A DNA stretch of 64,000 bases from the human T2T-CHM13v2.0 reference genome, Homo sapiens: the NCBI RefSeq assembly GCF_009914755.1, contig NC_060925.1. One strand, written 5' to 3'. Below, piece by piece: positions 41,886 to 59,347 of this stretch (position 1 is the stretch's first letter; each line of letters begins with the position of its first letter). The notes under the pieces were generated by a model. It made no database searches and was not told the DNA's origin. It saw nothing but the letters and a program-made list of their open reading frames with translations. The position numbers were made by a program, and so were the translations under genes.

Positions 41886-43168
41886 TTTTCCCATAACTTT
41901 ATTTTATAAATATTATATGATATATACTTACAAATTTCTGCTATCATATTGTATTTTACAAGAACTTTGTCTTGTTTTCTAAATCTCCCTTTAAAAACAT
42001 GTAACATTCTATTCTTGATTCATAGTTGCAGTATCTCCATATGTTTCCAAGGATATTAATTATAGATTTTTAAAAAATTATACAGTTTTCTTATAATTCC
42101 TTCATCATCTCTATTTTCTCTGAGTTCCTTCTTCTGGATTCTTTATTTTGATCTCTGGCTTTCATTTTGGAGGCTTTCTGCGAATGTCTAGTGTTCCCAG
42201 TATGTGTGTTCGTATTTCAGACCAAGGCACCTAAATTTTGCTTGGGTTGTGCATATATGCAGAACTTGTCAATCAGCAGGCTTCACTGTTGGGCTTTTGG
42301 TTTTGGTGCTTTGGCATTTTTTCAGCAAGAACCCAAGCCATTTCATCAGAGGAAACCCCCAAATTTAGTACCAGCAGTCATTTTCTCTGGGGTTAATTGG
42401 TTTCCCTAGAGAAGCTTCCAAAATCTTCCAATATCCTGCCTGGGGGTGTTTCAGAGGTTGGGCGTTGGGGGTGTCTGAGCCTCTCTGCTAACATTTTTGA
42501 AACCAAATGGAGAAAGAAGCTGGAGATTTCACTATTCAGTGTAGACTACCCACGAATCCTCCAGTTCTCAGCTGAGGCCAATATTTCTGAGTTTGGAGTT
42601 TGAAGTTTATCTGTTGTAAATTCCCCTTGGGTAGAAAACGACTTCCTCCTGAGGTGAAAGGGAGGTAGTCTTCTCAGTGCACAGACTCGTAGTCAATGGT
42701 CTTATTTTAAGCTGTGTCCCTCACGCTCACCTCTGCGTACCATGGTCCTCTAATCCCGGAGCCTTCCATGGCTTTAGCAGCTCAAACGCTTGCTTCTCAC
42801 TGAATTCCTCTCCCTGCAGGCCTGGGTTTCCACATCTCCGCCCTGCTTGGTCAGTTACCCCTCATTTCACCTGCTTCTCATTTTCCAGTATTTGCCAGTT
42901 CTCCTTTTGCAGTGAGTGAGAACCTTTCCCATCTCTCATCTGCTATCATCCGCTTTTCTGTTTCCTCTGTCCTTGTGAATTTCTCCTTTTTTTATAAAAA
43001 ATTTTGGGACTTTTTAATGGGATTTGAGGACAAACTAAAGATAAAATATTATATCTAATACACCATGTTTAAGTAGAACTTGAGATTTTTCTAGATAAGA
43101 ACAGTTTTATTATTATCTTGCCATGCCATGGCTAGTGATGAAGAATTCTTGCTGTCTCTCTAGGCCAG

Positions 43169-43763
43169 TGTTGGGGCTCATACGCCAATACCCCAAAATG
43201 TGGTGCTTTGACGTGCTGGACTAAAGAGGCAGCCTTAACGTGTCTTTGACCTTCCACCTCACCTCATCTTCTGTCTCTCCCAAAGCGCAGAATCAAGTTG
43301 TTCTCTGAAGTCTCTTTATCTACCTAAAAGCCAAACCTGCCAAAGAACATGTCTACCTTCCCTGAGTTTTTATGAACTTAACTCATATAGTAGGAAAAAA
43401 ACCCAAAGTCTGTTGATACTTGGATAGATGTTTGTCGCAAACAACTGTTTGTTTTGAGGGCCCAAAAGACTTTGTCCTGGGCTACTGTATCTTCTTCAAG
43501 TCCATTCATTTTCCCTTAAAAATCATTTTTTACTATCTCTCAAAATACCACGTTTCCTCCATCTCTCCTTCCCCTGTGAAGAAAAGTTATATAAACATCT
43601 GTACCTCAGTGGGTTATTGGGTAATCATTCTCCTGCCATTCCCCCATGCTATGCAGCTTAAAATAAAGTTGTGTATACCTTTTCTCCTGTTAATCTACCA
43701 TTTGTCAGTTGATTTTCAGTGAACCTTCAGAAGGCAAAGGAGAAATTCCCCTTCACCCCTGCA
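43169..43763 (+). mobile_element. MER39-like ERV1 solo LTR
   Basis: TGttggggctca...ataccccaaaat; AATAAA; gtgaaccttcagaaggcaaagg...cctgCA; TSD CCAG. Confidence 0.8.
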
Positions 43764-44142
43764 CCAGCAATCATTGTTAGCTGTGGGGTTTGCTCCTGGG
43801 ATCCAAGAGCATGTGCTTTCCTAGACATTAGAGGAGGCAGGGTCCCAGGTTATCAGCTTCTGCAGAAATGGTACTTAGCTGCCACACTTTATAGTTGCAG
43901 GTTGTTCTAGAATTTAGTAAATAAAATAATTCACTTCCGGTCATTTATTTAATCTCAGGATTAGACTTTGTTTTGTGAGTCTTTGAGAAGATTTAGTAAT
44001 ATACTTAGGGCACTTAAAAAGAAGACTAGGGAATCATTGTCCAATAAGTCACTTGCATTCAAAAACACACTGATGAGCGGTTAAATTTTATTTCCTAATC
44101 CAAACATTCAGTTTAACCTCATTTACAAATAAGTTAATAACT

Positions 44143-44591
44143 GGTATATTCGTTTGCCTAAGTTGCCATAACAAAGCACGACCAACTGGATAGCTTAAAC
44201 AATGGAAATGTATTTTCTCACAGTTCTGGAGGCTGGAAATCCAAAATCAAGCTGTCGGCAGGGCTCTGTTTCTTCCGAAGATGTCAGGGAAGGATCTGTT
44301 CCAGGCCCTTCTCCTAGCTCTGGTGGTTCCTTGGCTAGTGGCAGCTAACTCCAACCTTCACATGAGATTCTCCCGATATGCATAGCTACCTGTTCAATGG
44401 GTGTTCTTTTTTTTTTTTTTTAATAAGAGCATCAGTTATATTGGATAGGTGTCCAGCCTATTCCAATATGATCTCTTCTTAACTAATTACATCTCCAGTT
44501 ACCCTATTTCCAAGTAAGGTCACATTCTGAGGTACTGGGTGTTAGGACTTCAGTATATGAATTTCAGGCATGCACAATTCAATGTATAACA
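44143..44591 (-). mobile_element. MLT1-family LTR
   Basis: gccataacaaag...tctcacagttctggaggctgga...aaggtcacattctgaggtactgg. Confidence 0.85.
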
Positions 44592-45321
44592 AGTAGAAAT
44601 GTTGAAATTTTAAAAAAGAACATCTGGCTAATAGAAAATAGCATGCACCCTGGAGACCAACTGGATTGGAATTCTGGATATGACACTTATTATGTGTGTT
44701 TAAGCAAGTTGCCTAACTTCTCTGTGCCTTGGTTTTCTCATCTATTCAGGAAGAAAAGCGGTATTCCTCCTGAAAGGTTGTTTTGAGGATTAGCTGAAAT
44801 AATCAATTAAAAGCATCTCCAGAGCACCTGGCACACAATCACTGTGCAGCAATTGTTGCTATCATTATTTTTCTACCTAACTTTGGAAGAGTATCTGAGT
44901 GTTTCTCCCCTACATAGCTATTGTTTACTAGGGGTCTCCAAGTATTTATAATTATGCACCTCATGACCTAAAAATTTCTGAATATGCATGTGCTTTGTGT
45001 ATGTACACAGAGATATACACACATACATACATATACACTTTCTACTTTCCTAATGTATTATATGCATTAGAATATACATACAAAGCAAATAAAAAGAATG
45101 AGATAAATGGAATTTTGGACATTTTCTCCCATCACTCCAGTGGCTCTTTCTGTGAACCCCAGTGGGTTGACCACTCCTGACAAGGATAGAGAGGCCAGCA
45201 CCTATCTGTGTGATCTCTGCTCTAGTTAGACACCAAGTGACTACTGGTCACCTTCCCCACAGTCCATGCAATCTCAACCCAGTTCACTCTACAGAGGCAA
45301 GCCCAGCAGCCTGGGCCATGA

Positions 45322-45937
<616 letters not shown>

Positions 45938-46771
45938 CTCAAGCCCCCAACTCTAACGGACTGTAGCTTTGGCATAACAGTGGGTAGGACTTTGTCCTGG
46001 GTCACATTTTCCCAAAGTCTTAAGGATAATATTAGACTGCTTGAATCCTGCTTTTTGCTGCACACCTTCCTCCTGGAGCCCTGGAATGTCTTGCTCCAGT
46101 AGGTATTATTAACTCACAAGACCTGCTGCATAGCTGTCACCTGGGGCACCACTGTTTTTCTGAGTGAGGGCCACTGTTTCCTGGGTCCCATGTTTTCCTT
46201 GCCTTGCCTCTCTCCCATATTTGCTGTAGCACATTGTTAATGATTTACTAACCAAAGAAGTTTTGATAAATACATTTCTCCAGTCTTTGCATTTCTAAAA
46301 ATATCTTTATGACTAAAACAAGGTTGACCTAATGGACATATATTAAATATTTTACTTCACTAAAAACAAAACAAACAAACAAAAAAAAAACCACACACTC
46401 TTTTAAAGAAAAACTCCAAATTTTCAAGAATTGACCACCATCATATGCCATAAATCAACTTTCAACAAATTTCGAAGAATCAGTATCAAACACATCTCAT
46501 TATCTATTGCAAAACAATTATGTTAAAATTCAATAACAAAAACCTATTTTTAAATAGTGACATATTTGGGAGTTTTAAAAAAGACCTCTAGATATATCGA
46601 GGATTAAAATATAAATAATAATATAAATTAGAAAAGTATTTAAATTAAAAAAATACTGTTTCAAAACTGAAGTAGAAATTTGTGGGAAATTTATAACTTT
46701 ATATTGCTTGTATTAGAAGAGGAGAAAGGCTGAACATTAAGTAATTAAGTTGGATTAAGTATCCAAATAAA

Positions 46772-47135
<364 letters not shown>

Positions 47136-47766
47136 CTATAAAAAATGTCTTAGATAAGATATGTAAGACAAGAACAACATTTATGGAATAGAAAAAAATG
47201 TAAAATGAGAGACCCAACAACATCAAAGTAATTAATAAAACTTTGACAAAATCATTCAAATATGGAAAGCAAAGGTACCCACAAAAAGTGTCAGGAATGA
47301 AAAAAGGGGCTAACTAATGAGATAAAAGATAATAGGGGAATGTTATAAATAACTTTACACCAGTAAACTTGTATTCTTAGGTGAAATGGACAAACTTCTA
47401 GGAAAAAAACCTGGCAACAATTGCTTCTATGTGAAATAGAAAACTGGAATGGTTTTATAGCTACTAAAGACGTTGAATCATAAGGAAAACCCTGTGCCCA
47501 AGCAATTATACAAGTGAGTTCTACCAGGTGTTCAAGAGACAGAGGTAGAAACTCCAGATTTACTCAAATTCTTACAGAAGATAGTGGGAGGGGTAATATT
47601 CCCAAATTTATTTTATGAGGCTAATGGAACATGGATCCCTAAACTGTACAAAGACTGTCTGAAAAAGAAAAATTACAGATCAGTCACATTCATGAATATA
47701 GAAGAAAAAAAAAGAATCTAAAACATTCTGGATATAATCCAGCCATGTTTTAAAAAATTAATATAT

Positions 47767-48058
47767 GAGCTGGGCAGGGTGGCTCACACTTGTAATCCTA
47801 GCACTTTGGGAGGCTGAGGTGGGAGGATTGCCTAAGCTCAGGAGTTCAAGACCAACCTGGGAAACATGGTGAAACCCCATCTCTAAAGAAAATACAAAAA
47901 TTAGCCGAGTGTGGTGGTGCACACCCGTAGTCCCAACTACTCAGGAGGCTGAGGTGGGAGGATCGTTTGAGCCTGGGAGGTTGAGGCTGCTGTGAGGTAT
48001 ATTTGCACCACTGCACTCCAGCCTGCATGACAAAGCGAGACCCTGTCTCAAAACAAAA
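47767..48058 (+). mobile_element. Alu (AluJ-like)
   Basis: Dimeric Alu. Confidence 0.93.
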
Positions 48059-48946
48059 TTAATATATAGGTCTATTCTTGAAAGTTATATTGAAAACTGT
48101 ATTAGTGTAATTTATCCCATTAAGAGATTTAAAGAGATAATCATCTCAGTAGGTTTATAAAAAGCATTAGGTGACATTTAACATTTATTTATTGTTAATA
48201 AAAAGCAACTTCTTAGTAAACTAGACGTAGAAAGTAATTTCCTTGACCTCAGCAAGGAAATCTGCTTTTAAAAATCTACAATGAAACATCAAAAGTATTC
48301 TCATTAAAGTCAGGAACAAAATAAAAATTGCAGTGGAGGCTTTAGCCAGCTCAACAAAGCAAGAAAAATAAGAGAAACGGTATAAGAATTAAAAAGGATA
48401 AGATAAAACTCCCATTATTTGCCAGTGATGTGAATACCCACATAAGAGACCACAAATGATCTACAGATTTATTATTAGAATTGTTAAGGTAGTTTAGCAA
48501 AGCCCACAAATATAAAATCAATATACAAATGTTAATTTCATTTCTACACCAAAAATAAGCAGAAAAATACCATTTTAAAGTTTTTTAATTATAAAGAAAA
48601 TGATATCTAGGAATGACTCTACCAAGAGATATGCAGGTCTTTCACATGGAAAACAATACAAATTTTGGAAATTTATTAGTGAATCTTTCTAAATAAATAG
48701 AAAGACATAATATATTTGTGGGAAAGGAAGATCAATTTGGTGAATATGTATGTTTTCTCTGTCTTAGTTCTATAACATTACAGAAATTCCATTCAAAAGC
48801 TTAACATGGTTTTCTATGGAATGAGACAAGCTTACTGTGAAGTATGCTTAGAGGAGCAAAGGGCCAAGAGTATCCAAAACCATCCTGAGGAAGAACAAGA
48901 TTGGTGGTGACTGTAGGACAGCATGTTCTCTATGACATCAAGATTA

Positions 48947-49258
<312 letters not shown>

Positions 49259-51227
49259 GATTGTTGTAAAACTAGAATAATTAAGACAATGCGATATTAG
49301 AAGAGGGTGGAAAAATGAACAATAGAAAGGATAAGAGAGCCCAGAAACAGCCCACATATGGATGGAAAGTGTATATGAGAGGGGTGACATTGATGATATT
49401 TTTGCCCACAGAGGAAAAAAAAATTAAGTCCCTAATCCACACCATATGCAAACACAAAATTCAGGCCCCTTCCATCATGTGAAGACAAAGTGAGAAGGGA
49501 CCATCTATGAACAAGGAAATGGGCTGAACAAGAAAATGGGCCCTCACCCCACACTAAATCTGCTGACATCTTGATCTTGAACTTCACAGAGCTGTAAGAG
49601 GTACATTTTATTGTTTATAAGCTAAAAAAAATCCAGATGAATTAAGAACTCGAATATAAAAGACAATAAAATTAAACATTTAGAAGAAAATATGGAAGAA
49701 GTTTATGGCTTCAAGGCAAAGAAAGGTTTCTTTAAAAGGATAAGACACAAATCACAAACTAAAGGAAAAGTTGGATACATTTTAATACATTAATACATTG
49801 TATATTTTTGAATACATTGAATAGTTTTATACTGATTCTGAAAGTATACCATGAAGAGAAGGGGAAGAAAAGCCACAAATTGGGAGAATATGTTTGTAAC
49901 ACATACAACTGACAAAGGATTTAGATCCAGAGTATAAGAAAAATACCCACAAATCAATAAGAAAAATAAAAATAAACCAAGAAGAAGATTGGTAAAAGAC
50001 ATCTCACATTTCACTGAAGAAGAAACCTAAATGACCCAGGATCATAGGAAAAGATGGTCAGTGAAAAGAATAATCAGGAGAACACCAGTTTAAAAACCAC
50101 AGTGAAATTAATGCAGGAACAGAAAACCAAACACTGTATGTTCTCACTGACAAATGGGAGCTGAACACAGAGTACATGTGGACACAAAAAAGTGAACAAT
50201 AGACACCCAGGTCTGCTTGAGGGTGCAGCATGGGAGGGAGGCGAGGATCCAAAACTACCTATCAGGTGCTATGCTTATTATCTGGGTGATGAAATAATCT
50301 ATATACCAAACTCCCTTGACACGCAATTTACTCACATGACAAACTTGCACGTATACCCCCGAACCTAAAATAAAAGTTGGAAAGAAAAAAAAAAGCAGAT
50401 TTAAAAATAAAATAAAATAAAAAACAAGAAAACAATTCTTTAAAATGCTACTTAATTCCTTAAAATAAACAATTGTTTAGAAAAATATAGCAGAAGATAA
50501 CACGGAGCTTAGTGTATATTTTGGAAGGGTTAATGAAAATAATATATTCAAATTTCCATTTAACCCTGTATTGATCATGTATAAATCTACTGTTGTATAG
50601 GGATTCAAATCACGAAAAGGATCCTATTGAGGCTATATCTAACTAGATGGAAGAACAGAGTGTTGGCCATAAAAGTTAAAAACTTGCTAATGTATTTCTT
50701 TATCTCCTTCAGTAAAGTGTATAAAATATTCAAGAATGTATCCAAACCTTGCACGGACTTGCTTATGTTTCTGGTTTTACCACTTATTAGAGTGTAATTT
50801 CGGTAATAGGCAATATAAGGAAAGGACCACAATAGTAAAATCAGAAGAATCAAATTCTGGTCTGAGATCTGCATATTGTTTGTCTAACCTTTGGTAGTAA
50901 CACCACACTCCGTGCCTCAATTGCAAAGTTGTAAAGAAGTAACTACCTTATTTAATTCATAAGACTTTCTGAAGCTCTAGTAAGATAATACAGGTAAAAA
51001 TAAATAAATTAGCAAACAAATACCACAATGAGAGAATATTGCATACTATTACATTAGCCAAGATTTTAAGAAATTTGATAACGTCTCCAGTTGGAGATTT
51101 AGAGAAACAAAAACTCTTAAACACTAAGGTTAGAAGTGACTAAGAATGAGACTTTGAGAAACAATTCCGTATTCACTAAGAAAGTTTAAAATGTGCTTAT
51201 TTTATGACCTAGCAATCCCACCTCTGA

Positions 51228-51544
<317 letters not shown>

Positions 51545-51683
51545 AAAGAAGTGCTTGATCCTCTATACCAGATGACCTGTAGAAGAATATTCGCAGAAGC
51601 ATTGTGTATAACAGCCCAAAACTGGAGATAAACTGATGTCCATCAATCATAGAATGCATTTTTAAAATGTGGTATATACATAA

Positions 51684-51769
51684 AATGGGTAAACAATAGT
51701 CACAGGCATCCACGTGAATGGATCTCAATGGGTAAACAATAGTCACAGGCATCCACATGAGTGGCTCTC
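51684..51769. repeat. 43-bp tandem duplication inside the L1 3' region
   Basis: aatgggtaaacaatagtcacaggcatccac(g/a)tga(a/g)tgg(a/c)tctc x2. Confidence 0.9.
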
Positions 51770-52168
51770 AAAACAACATTTGAACCCTCTTATGTTGCTG
51801 GTGGGAATGTAAAATGGTGTAGCCACTTTGGAAAACAGTCTGGCAAGTCCTCAAAAAGTTACACATAGAGTTAATAATTGGCCCAGCAATTCTATTTCTA
51901 GGTATTCTCCAAGAGAATCAAAATATATATTCATGCAAGAGACTGTAATGTTCATAGCAGCATTATTCATAATAGTTCAAGAGAGAAAACAACTCAATTG
52001 TCCATTAGCTGAAGAATGGATAAACAAAAATATAGTATATCCATATAATGGAGTATTATTTGGCTATAAAAATGAAGTACTGATACATGCTCAGTATGAC
52101 TGAACCTTGAAAACAAGCCAAGTGAAAGAAGCCAGACACAAGAAGCTACACATTGCATGGTTCCATTA

Positions 52169-52506
52169 CAGTCATATGTTGCTTAACCATGGGTATATGT
52201 TCTAAGAATTGTGTTCGTAGGCAATTTCATCATTATGTGAACATCATAGAGTGCACTTACACAACCTAAATGGTATAGCTTACTACATACCTAGGTTGCA
52301 TGGTATAGCCTATTACTCTGAGGCTACAAACCTGTACAGCATGTTACCGTACTGAGTACTGTAGGCAACTGTAACACAATGGTAAATATTTGTATATCTA
52401 AACATAGAAAAGGTGTAGTAAAAATACAGTATTAAAATCTTATGGGACCAATGATGTGTATGTGGTCCATTGTTGACCAAAATGTTGTTATATGGGCACA
52501 TGACCA
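52169..52506. mobile_element. Tigger3a/MER7-like TcMar MITE
   Basis: cagtcat...catcatagagtgcacttacaca...ggctacaaacctgtacagcatgttac...catgacc. Confidence 0.88.
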
Positions 52507-52721
52507 CATGCAAAATGTCCAGAATAAGCAAGTCCATAGACCCAGAAAGTAGATCAGTGGTTGTCAGGAGTTAGGCTGAATGGGAGTTAGGGAGTGACTG
52601 TTAATAAGTTTCTATTTGGGGGTAATGAAAGTATTCTGGAATTAAATGGTGGTGATGGTTGCATGATTTTGTGAATATACCAAAAACCATCGAGTTGTAT
52701 GCTTTAAAACAGTGAATTTGG

Positions 52722-53054
<333 letters not shown>

Positions 53055-53421
53055 TTAATAAAACTGTTATTTATAAACAATGTTGAGTGAAAAAACGTGA
53101 CACAAAATAATACACAAAGCGTGGTTTCATTTATATAAAGATCAAATATAGAGAAAATCTAAACAATGCAGGGCTAGCTACATATGTGAATGAGTATAAA
53201 GAAAATCGAGGGAATAAATAACACAAAATTTGGGATAGTGGTTACCTTAGGAAGAGGGAGAGATGTGGTCAGGAAGGGCCACAGGAGAGTCACAAAGATG
53301 GCACAGGATCTGCTAATATTCTATCTTATGCTTGGTGGTGGATGGATCAACCAGTTTTCGTAGCATTTTCTAACAGTACATATTATTCTTTAAAGTGAGT
53401 TTAAACTCTCTCCCTCTCCCT

Positions 53422-53466
53422 ACACACACACACACACACACACACAGACACACACACACACACACA
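53422..53466. repeat. (CA)n microsatellite
   Basis: ~22 units with one GA interruption. Confidence 0.95.
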
Positions 53467-54671
53467 TATGATGTATATATACAGTGAGCCTATCATCTAT
53501 CTATTTGGATATACACATATATATTTATGTGTATATTTCTTAATTTCTAAAAATTAAATCTCCTTCTTCATTTGGGTTTCTGTTCTCTGTTCATCCGTTG
53601 TCACTCCTGCATTGGTTTCATTCCTTTCAAGCATTTGTTGACATCTCCTGTCTGTTGATAACCTCTTTACTGGTCTCTTCATTGCTTGGAGTTGATATAT
53701 TTTAATCCTGTTTATTATTTGGAGGGAATCTTTGAAGGGAGAGGAGAAAATGTGTACAGCAAATCCATCATTTTAAATCAGAAATTAGGTTATCTTTCAA
53801 ATAAAATTAATAAGAAAAAGAACCAAGGCTTATTGAATACTAACTAAGGGCGGTTCTAAGAACTTTGCATGTCTTATTCTGTTAATCTTCACAACAACCC
53901 TGTGAGGCAAGAGCTTTTATTTTTTCCTGTTTTACAGATGAGGAAACTAAGAGACCGAGATGGAAATAATTTGTCCAAGATATCAGAGATAAGCAGGTGG
54001 TGGAACCGGAGTGTGAATACAGTCAGTCTCAATCTAGGAAATATGCTCTTAACAATCAGGTGACATATGTATGTGGAGAGAGTCATTCAACCCAAAGGTC
54101 CTACAAGCAATGGTGGTAGGTGAAAGAGCATAAAACCTGTACCCAGCTGAAGAGTGAAAAATCAGCTCAGAATGAAGATATAAAGAGCAGCCCTGCTGTT
54201 AATCAAGCTGGAAGGACAGACACAGATAAAGCCAGCTGCAACATTAACAGAAAACATTGTTTCTCCTAAAGTCACGCAGCAGCTGCAAAATGTCATGAAG
54301 CCTCCCTTTTTGAGTGATGACTACTGCTGTCTTAGCAATGACGCTTGTAGGCCCACTTTGCTCAAATGGGTCCTATTATTGGGGATATCCAATTGCTAAA
54401 CTGCCCTAGCTTCATGACAGCATCCAATCCCTAGTAATTTCCATATATACTAATCCTGTGCCAGAAATGGCAATGAATTCAGAATGGATCCCCACTGCCC
54501 TGAGACTCACCTCAAAATCCTACAGCAGGACACCAAACCTTACATGAGATGTGTCCCTGCCTTACTCCTGCTGAGCATCATTCTACCGTTCCTTTGGAAT
54601 GCCATCCCTCGCTGCATTGAGGCAATATATCTGATTTTGTTGGATTTCAGGTGTGTGCCTGGTGGTCTTAT

Positions 54672-54879
54672 CTCAGGAGCACTGGGCTGGTGGAAGAGAT
54701 GGTGATTGTTATCAGATGGCATGATGGTGACAGTGAGGGGAGGCAGACCCAGGGCTTGAGAAGGACAGAGGACAGGTGAGCATTTCCTCACCCAGGACAG
54801 GCCAGACGTGCTCCCTGAACTGTTGCCTGTGCTGGGTGTTTGCCATCAGCCATTTTTCCCTCTGATTTTATCACTTCCA
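54672..54879 (+). repeat. Local duplication C, copy 1
   Basis: Aligns almost ungapped to 59348-59556. Confidence 0.93.
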
Positions 54880-56989
54880 CTATAGGTATGTGCATTAATG
54901 TAGGTATGTGCATTCTTAGAGATTCATTCCTTTGGCTTACACTAACGACTTTTCTTACACAAAAGACCTCAGTGAACCTTGGGAGAGAAGGCAGTTCTTG
55001 GGGAGGAGAAAGATTGAGACTGGGAAGGCACATGTAGCTGCTTTGTATTCTACCCTCTGGTTGGCCTTAGTGCCCTCTTTTTGCTTGGTCTCTGGGCACT
55101 GAATCCTTCTAGGAATCTTCTTAGTTTTAGGCACTGGTTTTAATCCTGCCTGAGGCAGTTGCAACCACCTTTTCTGAGCTAACAACAATCTCCACCCCCT
55201 TACCTAGGAAGCACCTGCAACTTTAGTCAGATGGAACTTCCGGGTGTCTCACCTGGGAGAGAGAGCTATGTAGCCCTTAGGAGGAGTTCAGTGTTGTTAA
55301 CCTAGTGCAGCAGAATTGTGAGCGGGGCTGAGCCTCTGCCTCAGCCTCAACTCCATTGGGGCTGCGGACAGGAGGGAAAATTGGGGGTGGGGAACTCAGC
55401 CTTGCTTGTTGGAGCACTATTTTCTAGTTAAAGAGTTCTCAGGGCTTTGATGGCCACAGATGAGTCACTATGGATATAAGGTTTATTTTTATTATTATTA
55501 TTATTGATATTATTATTAATGCTCTTTTACATTGGTATTGTGTTTTTAGCTTTTCTGAGAACCTTCATCTTGATTTTCTTTGTCTCCTGTGAGGTCTACA
55601 TAACAGGAGTGATAATTTCCCTATCTCATAGTCGAGGAAACCAAAGCCCAGGGAAGTTATGGGATTTGCTCACATTGGTGACAAAGTGAAAGTCCAAACC
55701 AAAGTATCTTGACCCTAGCAACGAGTAACTCCAATTTCTCACACCAGAAGAGGAGAGTGTTGAATAGTGAGTGTTGGGAATCCATCTGATCCTAGTATGT
55801 TTGAACTGTGAATATGGCCAAAGTTTAGACCATTGGGTCTTAGTGGGTGGAACTAGAGGAACTGGAAACTGGTTCTTGTTTCTCCATCTGTCACACAGAA
55901 CCTACCTATTAATCCCATCCCCAGAAGCCACCCAGCCCCAAAGAAGCAAATGGAGCAATGCCTGGGCTCAGGTTATGTAAGCAGAGGCTGGGCTGCCGCC
56001 AGCCCTTTGGGCAGGAAGGGGTGGAGGAGGGCCCTGCCTCTGCCCTTCAAAGGGTGAGTGTGAGACAAGAATGTGGAGAGGCCACTCTCAGCCAGGCCAG
56101 GTGGGTCTTGGCCTTGGAGCCAGCTCTGAACTGACAGGTTCAAACCAATCTGTGGCTTAGCCTGCACTTCAGAATGGGGTGGTGGTTGAAGGTTTGTTTA
56201 TTTGTTTTGGCCTTATCCCCACACCAAACCAGAATGTCCCATTGAGAAGGCATAGAGTGGATAAGACAGGATGCAGTGGGTCAGGACCAGCGTGCATCAG
56301 GAAGTCAGGAAGAGAGGGTGCTCAGAACTGGAGGCTGCTTCTGCCCCTTGGAGCACAGGCCCCTGAAGTCATTTTCAGGCCCACACTCTGGAGTCTTTAT
56401 TGGGAGAGTTTCAGGCATCAGTTTCCTGTAACTCCATTCTGTTCTCCTGCATCACCCTTGCTCTTTCATTTTTCTTCACACAGCAGCCAGAGTGAGCCTC
56501 CAAAAACACAGACCTGATCATGTCACTCCCAGGCCTAAGATCCCTAACGGCACCCCACTGTGCATCAAATCTGGATTCCTCAGCAAGGCCAGCAAGGCTT
56601 AAAGCAGCCCGCCTTCAGCCCCACCTTGCCGCCTCTCCTGGCTGCTTGTTAAGTTCCAGTTTCTGAACAGGGCCCTCTGTTCTCTCACCCAGGACTTTTG
56701 CACCCTGCTGTTTCCACTGCCTGCCATTCCCATTGTCCCCTTCCTTAAGCTCTTTCCCCTCTCTATTCCCACTTAGGTTATTCAGATCCCGAGATCTGAG
56801 CTCAGGATCTTCTGCAGAGAAATCTACTCTGACACAGTAGCCGGCATTAGGTTCCCTCATGGGCTCTCAGAGTACACCATGCTTTCCCTATATTGCATGT
56901 ATCACAAGTGTAATTTACAATTACCGTTGTTACTGTCTGTCTCATTTGCTGGACTGAATGCTCTATGAGGACAGAAGCATTTTGTAGTT

Positions 56990-57282
56990 CTTTTTTTTTT
57001 TTTGAGACAGAGTCTCGCTCTGTCATCAGGCTGGAGTGCAGTGGTGCGATCTCGGCTCATGCAACCTCTGCCTCCCGGGTTCAAGCGATTCTCCTCCCTC
57101 AGCCTCCCAAGTAGCTGGGGCTACAGGTGTGTGCCAAAACGCCCAGCTAATTTTTTGTATTTTTAGTAGAGACGAGGTTTCACCATGTTGGCCAGGATGG
57201 TCTCTATCTCTTGACCTCGTGATCTGCCCACCTTCGCCTCCCAAAGTGCTGGAATTACAGGCATGAGCCACTGTACCCAGCT
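56990..57282 (-). mobile_element. Alu (AluS-like)
   Basis: Antisense dimer; TSD ttgtagtt. Confidence 0.95.
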
Positions 57283-57621
57283 TGTAGTTTTATTCACTAT
57301 AATATCTTCAGTACTGTGGATGAGTGAGTCAATTTGATTCAATTTAATAACTAACACTCAGATTCAGCAAAGACTTGCTGGGCACCTACAATGTGTCCAG
57401 CATGGTGCACTTCCATATGAACTCTTAATTAATTTAATTTCCACAAATTTGATGCTAGAGTTTGGAGTCCCAGGGCTAAAGTTATCACATTAGATTATGA
57501 GAATTAGATGAGCTCATATATGTTGAAAAGCATAGGCCTGGCACAAGTAGGTAATCAACAAATATTTATTCAATGGACAAATATGTTAACAAAGCAAACT
57601 TCTGATAAAGAAGTTAAATAA

Positions 57622-57951
<330 letters not shown>

Positions 57952-59347
57952 TAAAGCTGAAAAACATAGGATTTCCCAAATCACATAGGTTATAAGCGCT
58001 AGACCTGGGATTTGAACCCAGGCCTAGAGGTGTGAGTCCAGATCTCATCCCATCACCACTGAGCTCTCCTGGCCTGATGGGGAACTCAAAGAGGTAAAAG
58101 ACCTTAGTTTGTTTTCAAGGAACAGGCCGTACAGTTGAAGAAGATAGGCACATAGGAAACAACCTGAAGACATAGTTTCCTCTGATTTCATGCCAAGGAA
58201 ATTGATATGGACAGTGAGTGAAATTGGAAATCAGAGAAGAGAGAGATCCAAGGAGCAGTGAGGGAAGCCTCCAGGGAAAGAGAGGTGGGAAAGGACATTC
58301 CCGGAGGATGAGATGACAGAAGCAAGAACAGAAAGGAGCAAGTCAGTATGTATGGGTACGCCACCTACTGGACGATGCACGTTCCTAGTTAGGAGGAGAG
58401 GAAGCCTGGGGAGGAGAGGTGGTGCCAGGAGCCACAGGACCTGCATGGAAAAGAGAGATGCCATTGGGCTTGGCAATGGGAAATCATTCCAGATTTCTGA
58501 CCAAGGGAGCAGTCTGGTGTGAGTAAAGTTCAGGGAAGATCAGCCTGCGAGTGTTGTGTGGGATAAACTGTAAGAAAGAGGAAAGAAAAGGAAGGCAGGG
58601 GAAGCGAAGAGGGAGGAAGAATAGAAGAATGGAGGGAAAGAATAGTAGCATTTGTTGTCCACCTTGCAGGTCCTTTCCAAAAGACAGCTTGTTTAATCTT
58701 CTCAACTACACTGCATGGTATGTATTATTATCCCAGTTTTGCAGATAAAGAAGCTGGAGTTAAAAGAGTTGATTAACTCACCCAGGGTTACTTATCTAGA
58801 TAGAAACCAGAACTAATGCTTGAGTGTTTTGCCTCCAGATCCAGCAACCTTTCCTCTATATTTCAAGGTACAGCTGGCAGGGATCCTAGTTAGGAAGTTA
58901 CTGCAGCAGCAGGGAAGTCATAGGGTGGTGGATTTGGGTACAGAGACTTTCCTGAGCTAAAGTAAGTATGCCCACCTCCAGGGCCCAGCTCTAAAAGCCT
59001 GATGGTGGGCACGTTGAGGTGGGCTTTGCTCTAACAAGTCCAGCAATGAAGTCAGGAGCAGTGAAGGGTCCATCCTAGGAAAAGTGTCCAGTGTGGAGTC
59101 ACGTGGAGAGGAGAATCCAAAGCAGAGTCTCAGGAGATGCAGTTAGAGCCGGGGAAGCAGCCTGGGCGGGAAGTCAGGGCAGCTAGGTTTTAGCCCTGGA
59201 AGTACCACTCTGGGACTTTCGGTCAGTCACTTAGCCTCCAGGAACCTCAGTCTCCTCATCTGTAAAATAACATTTAAAATCTAATCTTCCGTATCTTTTT
59301 CGTTTTGAGACCCAAATGAGATTGTGACTATGGAGGTGGTTTTTTTA